A stretch of DNA of 16,054 nt. Origin: a virus. Lineage: Duplodnaviria; Heunggongvirae; Uroviricota; Caudoviricetes. This document shows, piece after piece, positions 14,815 through 16,054 of this stretch (within the stretch, counting starts at the first letter, position 1; every line of letters begins with the position of its first letter). The stretch lies in the IMG/VR virus record IMGVR_UViG_2703718862_000008, positions 1 through 16,054 of that record; one strand, 5' to 3'. The position numbers and the translations under genes are program-made. A model generated the notes under the pieces. The model had not been told where the DNA came from. It ran no database searches and saw nothing but the letters and a program-made list of their open reading frames with translations.

Positions 14815-15057
14815 ATGTACGAATTAACTCTATCTCCAGCAGAGATTAAAGAGATCACGAAATACGAGCGATACACAAAACAGCAACACCAGTTAAGACT
14901 GCACGGCATCCCATTTGTAATCGGTCCTAAAAACGAACCAATAGTTCTACGCAGGGATATTCCACACGGACTGACAACGATGCCAAAAACATCTGAACTG
15001 GTTTCTGCTGAACCCGATTTTGAGGCACTGAACAATGGGAAGACCAAGAAAAAATAA
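14815..15057 (+). CDS. putative excisionase / small DNA-binding protein (80 aa)
   Basis: Immediately upstream of int and overlapping its start by 23 nt, the typical xis position. Not similar to lambda Xis by eye; the SD is weak. Confidence 0.4.
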   Translation: MYELTLSPAEIKEITKYERYTKQQHQLRLHGIPFVIGPKNEPIVLRRDIPHGLTTMPKTSELVSAEPDFEALNNGKTKKK

Positions 15058-16054
15058 AAAAGATAATGTACTGCCACCGCGGGTTAGATCGAATGGTTAC
15101 AGTTACGTGTGGAAACCAGAAGGAAGTACAAGAACTATAGGGCTAGGAAGAGTGCGGAAAACCAGCGTAGCTAAAGTCTGGCAAAATTATGAACTGGAAA
15201 AAGCAAAACTCCACAACATAATGACCGTAGCTAAATTATGGCACATGTTTATGGACTCCCCTGCATTTACAGAACTGGCCCCCCGAACCCAAAAAGATTA
15301 TCGACAACATCAGAAGGCGTTGCTGATGGTATTCGGAAAAGTGCTTGCTGATAATGTCAAAACTGAGCAGGTAAGAATTTTCATGGATAAACGAGGGCTT
15401 GAGAGCAAGACCCAGGCAAATCATGAACTGGCAAGCCTGAGTCGAGTATACGGGTGGGGATATGAGCGTGGATACGTGAAGAATAACCCATGTAAAGGAG
15501 TCAGAAAATTCTCTCTTAAAGCCCGCACTGTTTACATCACCGATGAACAGTATGCAGCGATATATGCGGAAGCAATTCCACAGTTACGCATTGCAATGGA
15601 GATTTCCTATCTCTGTGCGGCAAGGCTCGGTGATGTGCTTGAGTTGAAATGGCAGGATATTATGGATAAAGGGATCTACATTGAGCAAAACAAAACCGGC
15701 ACCAAACAAATCAAGGAATGGTCACCGCGATTACGTACAGCGATCCAGTTAGCCCGAAATGTATCTTCCTGTACATGCGAATATGTGATCAATACAACCA
15801 AAGGCGGGAAAGTCATAGCTAAAACGCTGAACAACTGGTGGAATCAGGCTAAACGCTCAGCCGAGCAAAAAGTTGGCGTTCCGTTCGGGTGCAATTTTCA
15901 CGACATAAAAGCCAAGGGGATCTCAGATTACGAAGGCAGCAGTCGCGACAAACAAATTTTCAGCGGGCATAAAACAGAAAATCAGGTGTTGATTTACGAT
16001 CGTAAAACAAAAATCACACCAACACTGGATCTGCCGCTCGTGGTTAGCAAGTAG
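15035..16054 (+). CDS. int: lambda-family tyrosine integrase (339 aa), complete; stop is the last codon of the window
   Basis: N-terminus MGRPRKNKKDNVLPPRVRSNGYSYVWKPEGSTRTIGLGR parallels lambda Int MGRRRSHERRDLPPNLYIRNNGYYCYRDPRTGKEFGLGR. Box I RIAMEISYLCAARLGDVLELKW; box II FHDIKAK...GHKTENQVLIYDRK with the catalytic Tyr present. Confidence 0.85.
   Translation: MGRPRKNKKDNVLPPRVRSNGYSYVWKPEGSTRTIGLGRVRKTSVAKVWQNYELEKAKLHNIMTVAKLWHMFMDSPAFTELAPRTQKDYRQHQKALLMVFGKVLADNVKTEQVRIFMDKRGLESKTQANHELASLSRVYGWGYERGYVKNNPCKGVRKFSLKARTVYITDEQYAAIYAEAIPQLRIAMEISYLCAARLGDVLELKWQDIMDKGIYIEQNKTGTKQIKEWSPRLRTAIQLARNVSSCTCEYVINTTKGGKVIAKTLNNWWNQAKRSAEQKVGVPFGCNFHDIKAKGISDYEGSSRDKQIFSGHKTENQVLIYDRKTKITPTLDLPLVVSK

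Noticed and set aside
14790-15424. - strand ORFs overlapping the xis-like and int genes
   Set aside because: Antisense to the integrase, whose homology to lambda Int is clear.
1-16054. CRISPR arrays, tRNA/rRNA genes, IS elements, att site
   Set aside because: No spaced direct-repeat arrays, no tRNA-like cloverleaf candidates near int, and no transposase ORF or terminal inverted repeats were seen; the att site is presumably beyond 16054.

Overview
The window reads as the integrase-proximal arm and early region of a lambdoid prophage of the E. coli Qin/Rac mosaic type; all family assignments are by eye and from memory, with no searches run. Right part (+ strand): an early-left operon runs from an operator/promoter near 10.5 kb through a YdfA-like gene, an AT-rich 124-aa gene, the DicF sRNA, dicB, a ydfD-like gene, an 823-aa exonuclease with a DEDD-type C-terminal domain, an excisionase candidate and a lambda-family integrase whose stop is the last codon of the window (the att site is outside). 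Centre: an immunity region with a DicA-like repressor (+), divergent Cro-like and YdaT-like genes (-), and a HigB/HigA toxin-antitoxin pair between the repressor and the left operator. Left part (- strand): a tightly coupled early-right operon with O-like and P-like replication genes, eight small accessory genes, hokD, a YdfU-like gene, rusA and a Q-like antiterminator followed by an intrinsic terminator. I found no rRNA, tRNA, CRISPR array or IS element. I see no compelling evidence for a wholly new system; the best candidates for under-characterised biology are the HigBA module in the rex-equivalent position, the nuclease cassette at 3296-4579 and the exonuclease fusion.
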